Positions 1 through 10,116 of a stretch of DNA of 64,000 nucleotides are shown in pieces. The notes beneath the pieces were generated by a model. The model searched no databases, was not told the origin of the DNA, and was given only the letters and a program-made list of their open reading frames with translations. Origin of the DNA: Candidatus Multivoradales bacterium (GTDB lineage: Bacteria; Acidobacteriota; Thermoanaerobaculia; Multivoradales; J023); NCBI GenBank assembly GCA_965248925.1, contig CBDFLE010000006.1:3424001-3488000 (forward strand). Reading direction: 5' to 3'. Both the position numbers and the translations under genes were made by a program. The stretch's first letter is position 1, and the number at the start of each line of letters is the position of its first letter.

Positions 1-1
1 G

Positions 2-517
2 GCCGACGAAGTTGCCGCCGGCCGCTTCCGAGCTGATTTGTTCTACCGCCTCGAAGTCTTTCCAATCCGCGTGCCGGCCCTGCGCGAGCGGCTTGAGGAC
101 GTGCCGTTGATCGCTGCTTGCGCACTACCCTTGCTGGCCCGCCGGGTCGGCAAGGCGGTAACCCAGCTATCGCCGGACGCCATCGACCGATTGCAGACCT
201 ACTCCTGGCCCGGCAACGTGCGCGAGCTGCTCAACGCCCTCGAACGGGCCACCATCTTGTGCCCGGACGACACGGTGACCAGCGAGCACTTGTCGCTGCC
301 GACGCCAGCGACAGACAGTGCCGCCGCCACTGCTGGTGCCAACGAAGCACCTCTACCTACCCTAGACGAAGTCGATCGGCGCCACATCCTGCGGGTGTTG
401 AAGCAGACTCATTGGGTGATCGAAGGCCACTCTGGTGCGGCGAAGATCCTCGGCCTGCACGCCAACACTTTGCGCTCGCGGATGACCCGGCTCGACATTC
501 ACCGACCGACACCGTGA
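2..517 (+). CDS. Sigma-54-dependent transcriptional activator (NtrC/FhlA family), C-terminal part, 5'-truncated by window edge
   Basis: Frame open from base 2: GRFRADLFYRLEVFPIRVPALRER, WPGNVRELLN, C-terminal Fis-type HTH (GAAKILGLHANTLRSRM). Confidence 0.93.
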   Translation, partial: ADEVAAGRFRADLFYRLEVFPIRVPALRERLEDVPLIAACALPLLARRVGKAVTQLSPDAIDRLQTYSWPGNVRELLNALERATILCPDDTVTSEHLSLPTPATDSAAATAGANEAPLPTLDEVDRRHILRVLKQTHWVIEGHSGAAKILGLHANTLRSRMTRLDIHRPTP

Positions 518-694
518 CCACCAGGACCGCGCCCTATCTGGCGTGGTTCGAGCAGCCCCAGCCCGCCCTGAACCCTAGAGCCTGCAGGCCGTACTCACCT
601 GGCAGGAGCCCACAACATGAACGCTGAATGGCCGTAACATCCCGCCAGCCAGGTCCGTCAACCCAACCGCAGCCAGCCGCCGTTCGGGCGTCGC

Positions 695-2299
695 GTGATC
701 GGCCTGATGGCGCTGCTCAGTCTGTTCCTAGTGCCGGCGGCCGATGCCGACTCCACCGCCCTCGACCGTGCCTTCGAACGGTTCTGGGCGGCCGAGAAGC
801 GGGGTGCGATGAGCCGCGCCAGCGAAGGGATTCTTGCCCTCGAGCCGGATTTTGCAGACCTCTTGGCGCGCCTGGAGGCCGGTCGCCCGTACTCGGATCG
901 GGTCAAGACTGGTCGCCTGCTGCGCAGCCGCTTGACCCACTTTCACTATCTGCTGTTGGTGCCATCGAGCTATGATCCGGCGCGGCGCTACCCACTGCGC
1001 TTCTACCTCCATGGCGGCGTCAACCGGCCCGCACCCAGGCGCCGCGATGGCTCCTGGTGGCGGGGCGACCCCGAGGCGACTGACGAGGATCATCTGGTGG
1101 TCGTACCGGTGGCTTGGAACGAGGCCATGTGGTGGCACCAAAACCAGGCGGAGAGCCTGCCTGCCATTCTCCAGGCGGTTCGCCGGGAGTACAACGTGGA
1201 CGAGAACCGCACTTCGCTGCTCGGCATCTCGGACGGCGGTACCGGCGCCTATTTTCATGCCCTTACCGGCCCCACCCCGTGGGCTACCTTCGTGTCGTTG
1301 ATCGGCCACGCCCGAGTGCTGGCCAACCCGACCCTGGGGGTCAACAGCCAGTTGTACAGCAGCAACCTGGCCGGGAGAGCAATCTACGCCGTCAACGGTG
1401 GCAAGGACCCCCTCTATCCGACCGCTGTCGTCGAGCCAATGATGCGTCATTTCGCTGCCCTCGGCGCCGAGGTGGTGTTCCGCCCTAAGCCTCAGGCCGG
1501 TCACGATCTGAGCTGGCTGAGCGAAGAGCAACAAGCGATCGAGAGCTTCTTGAACAGCCATCCACGCGATCCCCTGCCAGACCGCCTTTCCTGGGAAACC
1601 GACAATGTCAAACGCCGCGGTCGCTACCACTGGCTGCGGATCACCGAGCTGGGCTCGACCCAAGGCGACAGCGAGCTGCCGGATCCGGATGTTTTTCCCA
1701 ACCTCCCCCAGCTCAACCTCGGCTTCCTGCCCGTGCGGCAGGAGTCGAGCCTTCCCGGGGTTCTGGTGGCCTCGGTCGAACGCCGCTCAGCGTCTGCCCG
1801 GGCCGGCATCAAGCCAGGGGACCGCCTGTTGCGGGTGGGCGAAACGCCCGTCGCCGATCTGCAAGCGCTGGCGACGGAGCTCGACCGACAGGGCAACTTT
1901 GGACAGACCCTCGACCTAACCATCGATCGCCAGGGCCGGCAGTTGCAACTCACCCTGCAACTGCCGGCAGCACCGCGGGGTCAAGCGCCAGCGCAGATCT
2001 TTCCCAGAAAGCGACCCACCGGCCGGGTCGATGTGGTGCGCAACGGCTCGCACATCGCAGCTCTCAGCCGTGGTGTTCGCCGCTTCAAGCTGCTCTTGTC
2101 ACCAAGGCAATTCGACCTTGCCCAGCCCATCCGAGTAACGGTCAACGGCCGCGTGGCTTTCCACGGCCAAGTGGTGATCGATCCCGCCACCTTATTGAGA
2201 CTAGCTGTGATCGACCAGGACCGCACCCAGCTCTACGCTGCCGAGTTGGAAATCGAGGTGCCGTCGATCCCGCCACCGCGGCCTGCTTCCTCCCACTGA
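695..2299 (+). CDS. Secreted alpha/beta-hydrolase (esterase/peptidase) with C-terminal PDZ domain
   Basis: Signal peptide; YLHGG oxyanion motif, GISDG nucleophile elbow, GGKD and AGHD catalytic candidates; PDZ signature SASARAGIKPGDRLLRVG. Confidence 0.8.
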   Translation: MIGLMALLSLFLVPAADADSTALDRAFERFWAAEKRGAMSRASEGILALEPDFADLLARLEAGRPYSDRVKTGRLLRSRLTHFHYLLLVPSSYDPARRYPLRFYLHGGVNRPAPRRRDGSWWRGDPEATDEDHLVVVPVAWNEAMWWHQNQAESLPAILQAVRREYNVDENRTSLLGISDGGTGAYFHALTGPTPWATFVSLIGHARVLANPTLGVNSQLYSSNLAGRAIYAVNGGKDPLYPTAVVEPMMRHFAALGAEVVFRPKPQAGHDLSWLSEEQQAIESFLNSHPRDPLPDRLSWETDNVKRRGRYHWLRITELGSTQGDSELPDPDVFPNLPQLNLGFLPVRQESSLPGVLVASVERRSASARAGIKPGDRLLRVGETPVADLQALATELDRQGNFGQTLDLTIDRQGRQLQLTLQLPAAPRGQAPAQIFPRKRPTGRVDVVRNGSHIAALSRGVRRFKLLLSPRQFDLAQPIRVTVNGRVAFHGQVVIDPATLLRLAVIDQDRTQLYAAELEIEVPSIPPPRPASSH

Positions 2300-2545
2300 T
2301 ACATTAGCGGTTGGCACAGGCGTTAGCGCAAGGCGCTACCGGCGCTCTCACTTCCGGCGACGCAGATCCGCCCCTCAATTTGCGGCCAAGTACTTGCATG
2401 GCCGGCGGCCGCCAGAACTTGAAGCGCCAGATGCCAGTTAGTCGCGGTCGCACTCACGGTTGCCACCGGTCACGAACAACTGCTGGTCGAAAGCCTGCAT
2501 CGCCGTCGCGATCTTCTAATGGTGGCGTTCTGGCGGCTGGTCACT

Positions 2546-5500
2546 TCAAGGCTGATCCCTGGGCTTGCTGGCTTTTTGCGCTCCCGCCAAGCCACCCGTA
2601 TCGATCTTGCGCAACGCCGCCAGCAGATCTTTCAACATATCGAGATTCTTGAGCGTCTTATCTAGCTCATGCCGCAGCCGTTTGGCCTGGTTGCCGTCGG
2701 CGGCTTTGAGGGATTTGGCGAGGGCTTGGACGGCGGGCAGCAGGCTACTGTCGACGTTGCTGACCATGCGGGTGAGGATCTCGAGCACTCCACTGCCAAG
2801 GGTTTGAATGACTTGACCGCCTCGGGGGGCTGCTGCGATCGGCGTTTTGCGGACTGCGCTTTGTAAAGCGCTGCCGAGACCTTTGAGGCCGTGGTCGAGG
2901 AGTCTCTGAATTTCTTTCAGGTCGACCGCTGGCGGGATTGGGGCGGGTACTTGGGTCTCTGGGGCCGGCCGCTGGCTGACCTCGGCCAGGGCGGTCAAAG
3001 TGTTGTCGAGTTTCTTGATCCAGGGTTCGAGGGCGCTGCTGAGGTCTGGCCCGGTGGATTCGGCCGCGGGTTGGGCGGCTTGGGCGGCGGCCTGGTCGAG
3101 GGTGCGAGCCAGGCTTCCTAGCTGCTCGGACATCAGGCTTAGCTGGCCGACAACGCGGCTGGTGGGGTCGTCGTCACCGCCCATCGCTTGCACGCGGGCG
3201 AAGCCGCGTTTGATTTCTTCCCAGCGTTTGCTCTGTTCCGGAGTGAGGTGGCCGCGCAGCTCGGCTAGCTTCAGCAAGTTGGCTTCGGCGCCAGAGGTCA
3301 GGGTTTGGGCCTCGCCTTGGTAGTGATCGTCGATCAACGCTTCGAGTTCGGCTTGGTTCATTACCGGCACGACCTTTTCGGCCAGTTTGTTCATGTTGCG
3401 ATAGCTGCCCTGGAGTTGAAATTTGGGCTCGGTGCGGTAGGCGTCGTCTTGGGCGGCGGAGTCGATATATTGACGGTTGACCGCTAGCAGCACCTCTCGT
3501 ACTCGCAGAAGTTTGCTCAGCACGCTGAGCACTTCTTCGAGCTCGACGGCGGAGTAGGGGTGGTCGAGCTGATCGGGAGTTGTCGCGCTATCACCGCCGG
3601 CCATCCGCACTAGTTTGGCAATGTCGCCGCGCTCGCGACTGCCCAAGGGCGCTAGCACGGGGTTGGAGGTCAGGGCGTTCTCAAGGAAGCTGAGGGCAAA
3701 CAGATCACCTTTGCCCGCCAGGACGTCGCCCAGGTTGTAAACATCGGCGCGGTTGGCCAGCATGTCGGGAATCTGGAATTTATCTCCGGACTCGGTGTAG
3801 GGATTGCCCGCCATGGTGATGGCGAAGCGTTTGCCACGCAGGTCGTAAGTGCGGGCGCGGTCGCGCCACACTCCTTCCATGCGACGCTGGGCGTCGCAGA
3901 GGGAAATAAACTTTTGCAATAACTCGGGGTGGGTGTGCTGGATGTCGTCGAGGTAAAGCAGTACGTTGTTGCCCATCTCTAGGGCGAAGCTGATCTTCTC
4001 GACTTCTTGGCGCGCGGTGGCATTGGGCGCTTCGGCCGGGTCGAGGGAGGTGACGCCGTGGCCCAGGGCCGGGCCGTTTATCTTTACAAATACCAGGCCG
4101 AGGCGGTTGGCGATGTACTCCATTAGCGTTGTCTTGCCATAGCCCGGTGGCGAGATCAGCAGCAGCAGGCCCATCTGGTCGGTGCGTTTGTCCTCGCCGG
4201 TGGCGCCGAGCTGCTTGGCCAGGTTGTCGCCCACTAGCGGCAGGTAGACATCATTAATCAGCTGGTTGCGGACGAAGGCGCTCATTACTCGGGGGCGGAA
4301 CTCGTCGAGGCGCAGCCGCTGTTTTTCTTCTTCTAGCAGGCGGTGGCGGAGTTCCTGGAAGCGGCGGAAGCCGGGGATATGCTGGTCGCGGAAGACGGCG
4401 GTGCGGGCCAGCAGCTCGTCGAGGCGCAAGGGCAGGCAGCGCCTCTTTATGCGCGGATGTTGGCCCAGCAGACCCTCGACGGTGGCGCTCTGCTGGGCGA
4501 CCGAACTGTGGCGTTCGAGGTTGCCGTCGGTGAGCAGGGCAGTGACCGCTTCGTCGAGGGCGGGCGCCTGCTCAGCGAGTTTCGGGTCATTGGCGATCAG
4601 TGCCCCTAGCCAGGCAGTGGCTAGCTGGCGGCGCTCAGCCAGGGCGTCGCCGAGAGCTTCGAGATCGGTCAGCAAGCCCTTTTTTCCCTTGCCGAGCTCG
4701 CCTTGCAGTGCTTCGATCAAGCCTTGGGCGTCAGCGCTGAGCACGAAGCTCGGCCGCTCGACGCCGAGCACGGCGAAGAGGTAGGCGCCAGCGGTGTGGG
4801 CGTCGGCCTGGGCTAGCTCTAGGCGGTGGTCTTGGTGGAAGGTGGCAATGGCGGCGGCCAGCTCGCGGGTCAGTTCGCCGATCGCCGGGCTGTGGCGCAG
4901 AGTCTCGCGCAGCCGGGTCAGGCTGCGGGCGCGGCGATGCCAGCCGGCGGTTCTGGGATCGGCGCCCAGCTCGGCCCAGAAGAGGGCGGCGGCGGCACGA
5001 GGGCTGGCGGCAAAACGCAGCAGGCCGGCGGCGGCGCGTAGCTCGACCAGATGTTCGAGGATCCGCGCCGCGTCGTGATCGTGGACGCCGCGCTCGTAGC
5101 CCTCGTCGTAGCGTTGTCCGGCCAGTCGGCGCACCAACTCTAGTAAGCCGCCCTCTTGCAAGCGCGCCTCGCTGAGACTGTGCAGGTCGATTTCACCATC
5201 GCCCTGTTCGGCAGCGCGCAGGATCTCGCTGGCCAGGTACTCGCCGCGGTAGACCTGGTCGTTCTCGGAGATCAAGAGCTGGTGCCAGTAGTCGCGAGCG
5301 TCGTCGATTGCCGGGTCGTCGATGGGGGCGTGGAAATCGGTGCCGGTGAGGTAGAAGGCCATCGACTCGCCGCGGGGTACCAGGGTGAGGTCGAAGGGTT
5401 GGGTGTTGACACTGAAACGGTGCCGGCCGAGCTTGATGACGGTGGCGCCGTCTTCGAAGATGTCGCGCCGGTCGCGCATCGCCCGCGCGGCGTCTTCGCG

Positions 5501-8053
5501 CGCCGACTTGAGCTTCGAGGCGAGTTCTTCGGCGCGCACACTCTCGCCGAGCCCACGCAGCCGTTCGCCCAGGTCGCGCAGCTTCTCTACCATCGCGTCG
5601 CTGGCGAAGTAGGCGTTGAGCTGATCGGTGCTCTCGAAGCTGGCGCCGCGCCGGGTCACGCCGCTGAGAATGCGTTCGGCCGCCGCCAGCAAGCGCCCGG
5701 CTTGGCGTTGGCGCTGGTCGAGCAGGGTTTGCTTGCGTGAACTGAAGGCCTCGTAGACCTCTTCGCGCTTGGTCGCCAGCTCGTCCGTGAACTCGTCGAG
5801 TTCGCCGAAGCGGCTCTCCAGCTCTTCCAGCTGAAGCATCAACTTGGCCAGCTGAGCGTCGCATTTCTCCGGTGTGCCGGCCAGACCGAGAGCGCCGGTG
5901 ACCGCCTGGGCGAAGAGTTTGAACTGGGCGCCGAACTCGGCCTTGCCCTCCTCGGTGCGCAGCTCGCGGTGGCGGTTCTCGACCAACGCCCGAGCCCGGT
6001 TGAGCGTCGCCAGCACCTCGGAGATGGACTCTAGGATCTGGGTACGGACGGTGGCATCGTCGATGTCGAGCCCGCTGACCACTTCGGTGAGCAACTCCTG
6101 GTTGGCGCTGATCTGCGCCAGTTCGGTGGTGATTTGCTCGACTTCGCTGGCCTTGGTGGCGGTCTCGCCTTGTTCGGCGAGTTCGGCCAGCCGCTGGTGG
6201 TAGGGGGCCAAAGCGTCGTCGGCGAGGAGGAACTCGGTGGCTCTACCGGAGAGGGTTTCGATTTCTTCCAGCACCCGGGCTTCGAGACCAGCGATGCGCT
6301 GCAAATCGGCGTAGCGCACCTCCTGCAAGGAAATCAGGTGGCCGCGTTGGCGGCGTAGGCCGGCCAATGCCTCGACAAAGGGATCAATGCTGTCGATGGC
6401 GCTATGGCGCAGCTCGGACCACAGAGCCTCGAGGGTGCTTTCTGCCTCGTCCACCGCTGCTCGCGCCTGGCGCCGCAGGGCTTCGACCTTCTCGAATTCG
6501 TCGATGATCAGCTCGGCGCTGGCTCGTAGCTCGCCCAGCGGGGTGCCGAGGTCGCCGACTTCCTGGTGGCCGTACCAGTAGTAGTTGTCGGCAGCACGGG
6601 TGGCGGCGGCGATCAGCTCTTCGTAGATCGCCGCGCTGGGCTGCTGTTCGTCGACCATGCGGCGCAAGCTGAAGGCGTCGCTAATGCCGCGCACCAACTC
6701 GGCGTTGCCGACTTTGTCCAGGAACGAACCACTGGCTGGTGCCGCCGCGGCGTGCTCGTCGCTGGTGAAGGGGGTCTGCCAGATCTGCATCGGGTGAACC
6801 CGAGTGGGTTCGTCGGAGTCAGCGCGGAACACCACTAGCCGGCCGTCGCTGAAGAGGGAGTAGCCGTGGCAGTGGATCGGATTCTGCACTTCTTTGCGGA
6901 TCAGGTTGTAGGGCAGCAGGATCGAACGTCCTTCCTGGCGCTCGTGAAAGACGTAGAGCACATCTTCGCCGTTGGGTGATCGAACTCGGCGCAGAAACTC
7001 CATGTCGGCGACTTCGCCATCGAAGGCTTTGACCTCGCCGCTCTGTAAGGTGTAGCCGCCCGGAAAAACGATGCCGTGGTCCTCGGGCAGTTGCTGGCAG
7101 GCCTGGCCGATGGCGTCGAGCCGCACCACTGTCTGAGTGCGGGTGTTGAACACCAAGTAGCGGTGCTCGGCCTCTTTGTAAGGCAGCACCTCGATCAGGA
7201 TCAGCACCCCGAGCTGGGCCCAGCGGACGGTGGCGTCGGCCAGCGATTGGTTGGGCTCGTCGACCGGTTCACGGTAGATGCCGCGGCCGTCCTCGGTGTT
7301 GTCTTCGACCTTCACTGTCAAGTCGCCGCCGACGGTTTCGACGAACACTAAGTCGAGGATCGAGATGTGTGGATGGCGACCGAGGACGTGGTCGTCGCGG
7401 CTGGTTTCGGTCCACTCGAAGTCGTGGGCTGGTGGGAAGAGGTGATCGCGCTCGCCACGGTTGTCGAGGTAGGTGACCTCGCCTGCCGGGCTCACCGCCC
7501 AGCGGAATGCCTTGAGGTCGCCAGCTCCTGCGCCGATTTGGAACACCGCCACGATGCGCCCCCCGCTGCGCATCAACTGCAAGAGGCGAGTGTCTTTGTA
7601 GTAGCGGTAGAGTTCGTGGAACTCTCCTACGAAGCGCTTTTCGGCGAGGAAATTACCGGGCTCGTCGGTGGCCACCGGTTGGAAGGCAAAGCCATCTTCA
7701 GTGGCGGCGAAGCGGTAGAGGCTGAAGACATCGTCGATGCGGGTGTCCCGCTTCAGGCCGATGAAGACGTTGTAGCCGAAGAGCAGCAGCTCGCCGACCT
7801 CGATGATGTCGCGCGGCACCGAGTTGTTGTCGGTGCGGATGCGCTCGTTACCGATGACCTCCAGCTCGCTGCCGCCGAAAAGCTCAGTGCGCTGCTGATT
7901 GAGCTGGCCGGCCCGTTCACCGAGCCGGCTGGCGTGCTCCTCGAGCCGGGCGCGGAGGATCTCGTAGGTGCCCTGGTCGAGGCGCGGCGCGGCGTCCTCA
8001 GCTGCCCCGTCGGTCGCTGGTGTTGCCGCCGTGGGTGTCTTTTCCTCACTCAT
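2546..8053 (-). CDS. Large coiled-coil AAA ATPase (DUF3686 'DNA repair ATPase' family), flotillin-associated
   Basis: 1835 aa; N-terminal GTYEILRARL; long heptad-rich middle; Walker A LLLLISPPGYGKT, Walker B LLYLDDIQH; directly downstream of flotillin. Confidence 0.85.
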   Translation of the reverse strand: MSEEKTPTAATPATDGAAEDAAPRLDQGTYEILRARLEEHASRLGERAGQLNQQRTELFGGSELEVIGNERIRTDNNSVPRDIIEVGELLLFGYNVFIGLKRDTRIDDVFSLYRFAATEDGFAFQPVATDEPGNFLAEKRFVGEFHELYRYYKDTRLLQLMRSGGRIVAVFQIGAGAGDLKAFRWAVSPAGEVTYLDNRGERDHLFPPAHDFEWTETSRDDHVLGRHPHISILDLVFVETVGGDLTVKVEDNTEDGRGIYREPVDEPNQSLADATVRWAQLGVLILIEVLPYKEAEHRYLVFNTRTQTVVRLDAIGQACQQLPEDHGIVFPGGYTLQSGEVKAFDGEVADMEFLRRVRSPNGEDVLYVFHERQEGRSILLPYNLIRKEVQNPIHCHGYSLFSDGRLVVFRADSDEPTRVHPMQIWQTPFTSDEHAAAAPASGSFLDKVGNAELVRGISDAFSLRRMVDEQQPSAAIYEELIAAATRAADNYYWYGHQEVGDLGTPLGELRASAELIIDEFEKVEALRRQARAAVDEAESTLEALWSELRHSAIDSIDPFVEALAGLRRQRGHLISLQEVRYADLQRIAGLEARVLEEIETLSGRATEFLLADDALAPYHQRLAELAEQGETATKASEVEQITTELAQISANQELLTEVVSGLDIDDATVRTQILESISEVLATLNRARALVENRHRELRTEEGKAEFGAQFKLFAQAVTGALGLAGTPEKCDAQLAKLMLQLEELESRFGELDEFTDELATKREEVYEAFSSRKQTLLDQRQRQAGRLLAAAERILSGVTRRGASFESTDQLNAYFASDAMVEKLRDLGERLRGLGESVRAEELASKLKSAREDAARAMRDRRDIFEDGATVIKLGRHRFSVNTQPFDLTLVPRGESMAFYLTGTDFHAPIDDPAIDDARDYWHQLLISENDQVYRGEYLASEILRAAEQGDGEIDLHSLSEARLQEGGLLELVRRLAGQRYDEGYERGVHDHDAARILEHLVELRAAAGLLRFAASPRAAAALFWAELGADPRTAGWHRRARSLTRLRETLRHSPAIGELTRELAAAIATFHQDHRLELAQADAHTAGAYLFAVLGVERPSFVLSADAQGLIEALQGELGKGKKGLLTDLEALGDALAERRQLATAWLGALIANDPKLAEQAPALDEAVTALLTDGNLERHSSVAQQSATVEGLLGQHPRIKRRCLPLRLDELLARTAVFRDQHIPGFRRFQELRHRLLEEEKQRLRLDEFRPRVMSAFVRNQLINDVYLPLVGDNLAKQLGATGEDKRTDQMGLLLLISPPGYGKTTLMEYIANRLGLVFVKINGPALGHGVTSLDPAEAPNATARQEVEKISFALEMGNNVLLYLDDIQHTHPELLQKFISLCDAQRRMEGVWRDRARTYDLRGKRFAITMAGNPYTESGDKFQIPDMLANRADVYNLGDVLAGKGDLFALSFLENALTSNPVLAPLGSRERGDIAKLVRMAGGDSATTPDQLDHPYSAVELEEVLSVLSKLLRVREVLLAVNRQYIDSAAQDDAYRTEPKFQLQGSYRNMNKLAEKVVPVMNQAELEALIDDHYQGEAQTLTSGAEANLLKLAELRGHLTPEQSKRWEEIKRGFARVQAMGGDDDPTSRVVGQLSLMSEQLGSLARTLDQAAAQAAQPAAESTGPDLSSALEPWIKKLDNTLTALAEVSQRPAPETQVPAPIPPAVDLKEIQRLLDHGLKGLGSALQSAVRKTPIAAAPRGGQVIQTLGSGVLEILTRMVSNVDSSLLPAVQALAKSLKAADGNQAKRLRHELDKTLKNLDMLKDLLAALRKIDTGGLAGAQKASKPRDQP

Positions 8054-8063
8054 GGCGCCCTCC

Positions 8064-10016
8064 TCAGGAGTCGCCGAGATCTGTCAGCTTGGCACTGCCG
8101 AGCCCCAGCTTTTGGGCGACTTCGGCCAACTCGCCGAGCTTCGCCTTTTGCTCGCCACCGCTAGTTGCCATCAGCTTCATCAACAACGCGGAAACGGTGA
8201 GGTTCTGCACCTCGCCGGGGGAGATAGCAGCGTTGGACAGCACATCCTTGAGATCGGCGGTTAGGCTTCTATCGCCCTGCAAGTAGTCGCGGAAAGCGGT
8301 CTGCACGGTACCGCTCTTGGAGACGAAGCCGTCGACCGCGCGGCCTGCCGACATGGCACCCACCAGGCGATCGAAGAACACGCTCTCACCACCGACGATA
8401 TCGATCTTGGCGTTTTCCAAGCCCTTGGAGATGATTTCGGCTTGAGCCTCGGCGATCTGCCGTTGGTTGTCGATCGCCGACAGTTCGATCTCTTTGCCGG
8501 CGGCGAGGCGCAGGCGATATTCCTCGTGCTCGCGGCTGGCGCCGTCGAGAGCTTTCATTGCCGCCGCCTTCTCGGTCAAACCGGCAGCTTCGCCTTTGAG
8601 CTTTTCTTCGATGGCGGTGGCTTCGGCGAGCCCGTGCTCGCGCAGCACCCGCGCCTTGGCCAGGCCCATCTTCTCGGTGGCTTCGGCGTCGCGATCTTTG
8701 ACTTCCACCGCTGCCAGGCCGGCGGCGGCGGTTTCCGCCTGGATGCCCTCGGCGAGGCGGATTTTGCCCTTGGCTAGGCGTTCGGTGGCTTGCAGCTCGG
8801 CGTCGGCCATCACCAGCAGTTCGCGGGCTTTGAACTCGGCTGCTTTCTCGGCTGCCTCAGCGGCCTTGATGTCTTTGACCAGCAACTCCTGGGCGGCGCC
8901 CTCGGCGGTGATGATGGTGGCTTGCTTGGTGCGATCGGCCTCCTCGACCATGCGCAGCCGTTTGATCTCTTCTTCCTTCTCGGCGACAGTGCAGTCCACC
9001 GCCACCCGCTCGCGGATGACGTTGGCGATTTCCCGTTTCTCGTACTCGACCTCTTTGTCTTTGGCGATGCGTTGCAGCTCGGTCTCGCGCTCGCGGGCGA
9101 TGACCTCGATCAAGCGGTCCTTCTCGACCCGCTCGGTTTCTACCGCCACCACCCGCTCGCGGTTCTTGGCCGCGACCTGGACCTCGCGGTCTAGATTTTC
9201 CTGCTGCACCGCCACGATCTCTTCGGTCTTCAGCCGTGCTTGCTCGGCTTTGAGCTGCTCTTCGGCCTGCACTTTCAAGGTCTCGGCTTGCTCGCGGGCT
9301 TGCACCGTCTGGATCTCGCGCTGCTGCCGGGCCAGGGCCTCGGCCTTCTGGCGCTCGAGTTCGAAGATCGCCTCGGCGGCTTCGACATCCTGCTTGGTGA
9401 TCTGTTTCTTTTCGGTATTCTGGAACTCGTTGGTGCGGACGTGTTCGATCGAAGTCAGCTCGGTGATTTTGCGGATTCCCTGGGCATCGAGAATGTTGAA
9501 TTCGTCGAGCTGCCGTAGCGGTGTCTGCTCGAGGTAGTCGATGGCAGCGTCTTCCAAGGAGTAACCGTTCAGGTCGGTGCCGATCAAATCGATGATCTGG
9601 TCGCGGAACTCGTTGCGCATGGTGTAGAGGTCAACGAAATCAAGCTGCTTGCCAACCGTCTTGAGGGCTTCTGAGAATTTGGCCGAGAAGAGCTGCTCCA
9701 TGGTCTGTTGGTCGGAAGCGCGCTCGCAGCCGATCGCCTGCGCCACTTTGATGACATCGTCGACGGTCTTATTGACCCGCACAAAAAAAGTAACTTTGAT
9801 GTCGGCGCGGATGTTGTCGCGGCAGATCAGACCTTCCGTTCCGCGGCGATCGATTTCGATCGTCTTGACCGAGATATCCATCATTTCCGCTTTATGGACC
9901 ACCGGCCAGACCATGCGGCCGGTGAAGCTCACGTTGACGCTCTCCGAACCCACGCGGCTGACGATCAGCGCGCGACCCTGTTTGACTTTGATGATTCCGA
10001 ATCCCAAAAGTGGCAT
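8064..10016 (-). CDS. SPFH/flotillin family protein (YqiK-like)
   Basis: SPFH motif GLICRDNIRADIKVTFFVRVN, FSAKFSEALKTVGK, long AEA-rich coiled coil; RBS GAGGAG before ATG. Confidence 0.9.
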   Translation of the reverse strand: MPLLGFGIIKVKQGRALIVSRVGSESVNVSFTGRMVWPVVHKAEMMDISVKTIEIDRRGTEGLICRDNIRADIKVTFFVRVNKTVDDVIKVAQAIGCERASDQQTMEQLFSAKFSEALKTVGKQLDFVDLYTMRNEFRDQIIDLIGTDLNGYSLEDAAIDYLEQTPLRQLDEFNILDAQGIRKITELTSIEHVRTNEFQNTEKKQITKQDVEAAEAIFELERQKAEALARQQREIQTVQAREQAETLKVQAEEQLKAEQARLKTEEIVAVQQENLDREVQVAAKNRERVVAVETERVEKDRLIEVIARERETELQRIAKDKEVEYEKREIANVIRERVAVDCTVAEKEEEIKRLRMVEEADRTKQATIITAEGAAQELLVKDIKAAEAAEKAAEFKARELLVMADAELQATERLAKGKIRLAEGIQAETAAAGLAAVEVKDRDAEATEKMGLAKARVLREHGLAEATAIEEKLKGEAAGLTEKAAAMKALDGASREHEEYRLRLAAGKEIELSAIDNQRQIAEAQAEIISKGLENAKIDIVGGESVFFDRLVGAMSAGRAVDGFVSKSGTVQTAFRDYLQGDRSLTADLKDVLSNAAISPGEVQNLTVSALLMKLMATSGGEQKAKLGELAEVAQKLGLGSAKLTDLGDS

Positions 10017-10116
10017 CTGCGTCTCCTCTAGGCTGTGGTCGCTACCGGGCTATAGTTCGGTCCGAGAAGCGGGGTAAAGACTCAAGTGAAGTGCTGTTCC
10101 TGGGCGGCAGCCGTGA

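Noticed and set aside
2311-2327. TTGGCACAGGCGTTAGC as a sigma-54 promoter
   Set aside because: GG-to-GC spacing is one base too long and it lies between convergent genes.
8467-9537. 356-aa Ser-rich ORF on the + strand
   Set aside because: Antisense shadow of the flotillin coiled coil; the same applies to most long overlapping ORFs in this GC-rich window.
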